The notes under the pieces are model-generated. The model worked only from the letters and a program-made list of their open reading frames with translations, was not told where the DNA came from and searched no databases. A DNA stretch of 45,554 bases. Origin: Octopus bimaculoides. Its lineage: Eukaryota. Below, in pieces: positions 45,093 to 45,554 of this stretch. The stretch lies in contig NC_068990.1 in NCBI RefSeq assembly GCF_001194135.2, positions 47,577,019-47,622,572 on the forward strand, in the 5' to 3' direction. Positions within the stretch are counted from its first letter, which is position 1. Every line of letters starts with the position of its first letter. The translations under genes and the position numbers were made by a program.

Positions 45093-45307
45093 TTAACCGT
45101 AAGACATTTTAATTTAACATTTTAATTCAACAATCGGTTAAAATGTCTTACGGTTAAGCTGGTTCCTATGTGTTTCCCTGAAGAGAAGATTACATTCTTA
45201 TCAACATCACCTATTCCTATGGAAGGTACAATTTGTAATTTTTTAAACATATGTTGGAAATAAAAGAATTCATTTAACATATGCATTTTACTCCATTTAC
45301 TAAATTT
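45093..45307 (+). mobile_element. 5'-truncated copy of the 18.8-kb hammerhead element with an inverted 5' duplication
   Basis: 45138-45307 aligns with the minus strand of 18801-18975; 45093-45112 is a perfect 20-bp inverted copy of 45138-45157. Hammerhead 45173-45260 has G12 mutated (TAAAC). Confidence 0.75.
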
Positions 45308-45315
45308 GAGCTCCA

Positions 45316-45554
45316 CATCAGCTCCTTTACTTTCCAAAGAGTCTTCCACCCTGTTTACTAAATCAACAGAAATCACAGGTCGCTGGATCGAACACTTCTC
45401 TGAACTCCTAAACCATGAGTCAGTTGTGGATGAAACAATGATTGATACTATGCAACAAAGACCTATCATTGGCTCCTTAGACTCTTCACCCTCAATAGAT
45501 GAAGTAATGACATCAATAAGTAAATTGAATCTTGGTAGGGCACCTGGAAAGGAT
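45316..45554 (+). pseudogene. RTE (BovB-like) LINE ORF2 linker region, continues beyond the window
   Basis: SAPLLSKESSTLFTKSTEITGRWIEHFSELLNHES...PSIDEVMTSISKLNLGRAPGKD, the APE-RT linker up to the KAPGxD motif. Confidence 0.75.

Noticed and set aside
45093-45157. TTAA-flanked 20-bp inverted repeat as a piggyBac micro-MITE
   Set aside because: The right arm is part of the sequence homologous to the 18.8-kb element, so an inverted 5' duplication explains it better.

Overview
AT-rich eukaryotic genomic DNA with 7 N-gaps, many (TA)n/(CA)n/(GAT)n microsatellites and a dense load of decayed transposons. The repeat families look like those of an octopod cephalopod (Octopus; inference from repeat recognition, not verified). 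The only host gene I can support is a + strand mitochondrial glutamate carrier (SLC25A22/SLC25A18 family): two clear coding exons (35787-35921, 42425-42480) and a candidate start-codon exon at 12146-12190, so most of the window is probably intron. Mobile elements: a structurally complete but decayed Ty3/gypsy element (4291-9393; LTRs, PBS, PPT, 5-bp TSD), an L1/Tx1-type ORF1-only relic, a CR1-like LINE, several RTE LINE fragments, a Tc1 element, Tigger derivatives, a Penelope-like (PLE) RT/GIY-YIG relic, Helentron-associated-like elements and many tRNA-SINEs. The most notable signal is not in the ORF track: six loci (about five unrelated short-element families) carry minimal type I hammerhead ribozyme motifs (86-130, 2244-2290, 7280-7325, 18845-18943, 41374-41474, 45173-45260). 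Two have intact catalytic cores, four sit in inverted (head-to-head) insertion structures typical of PLEs, and one is fused to a tRNA-derived Pol III head. All alignments and folds were done by eye.
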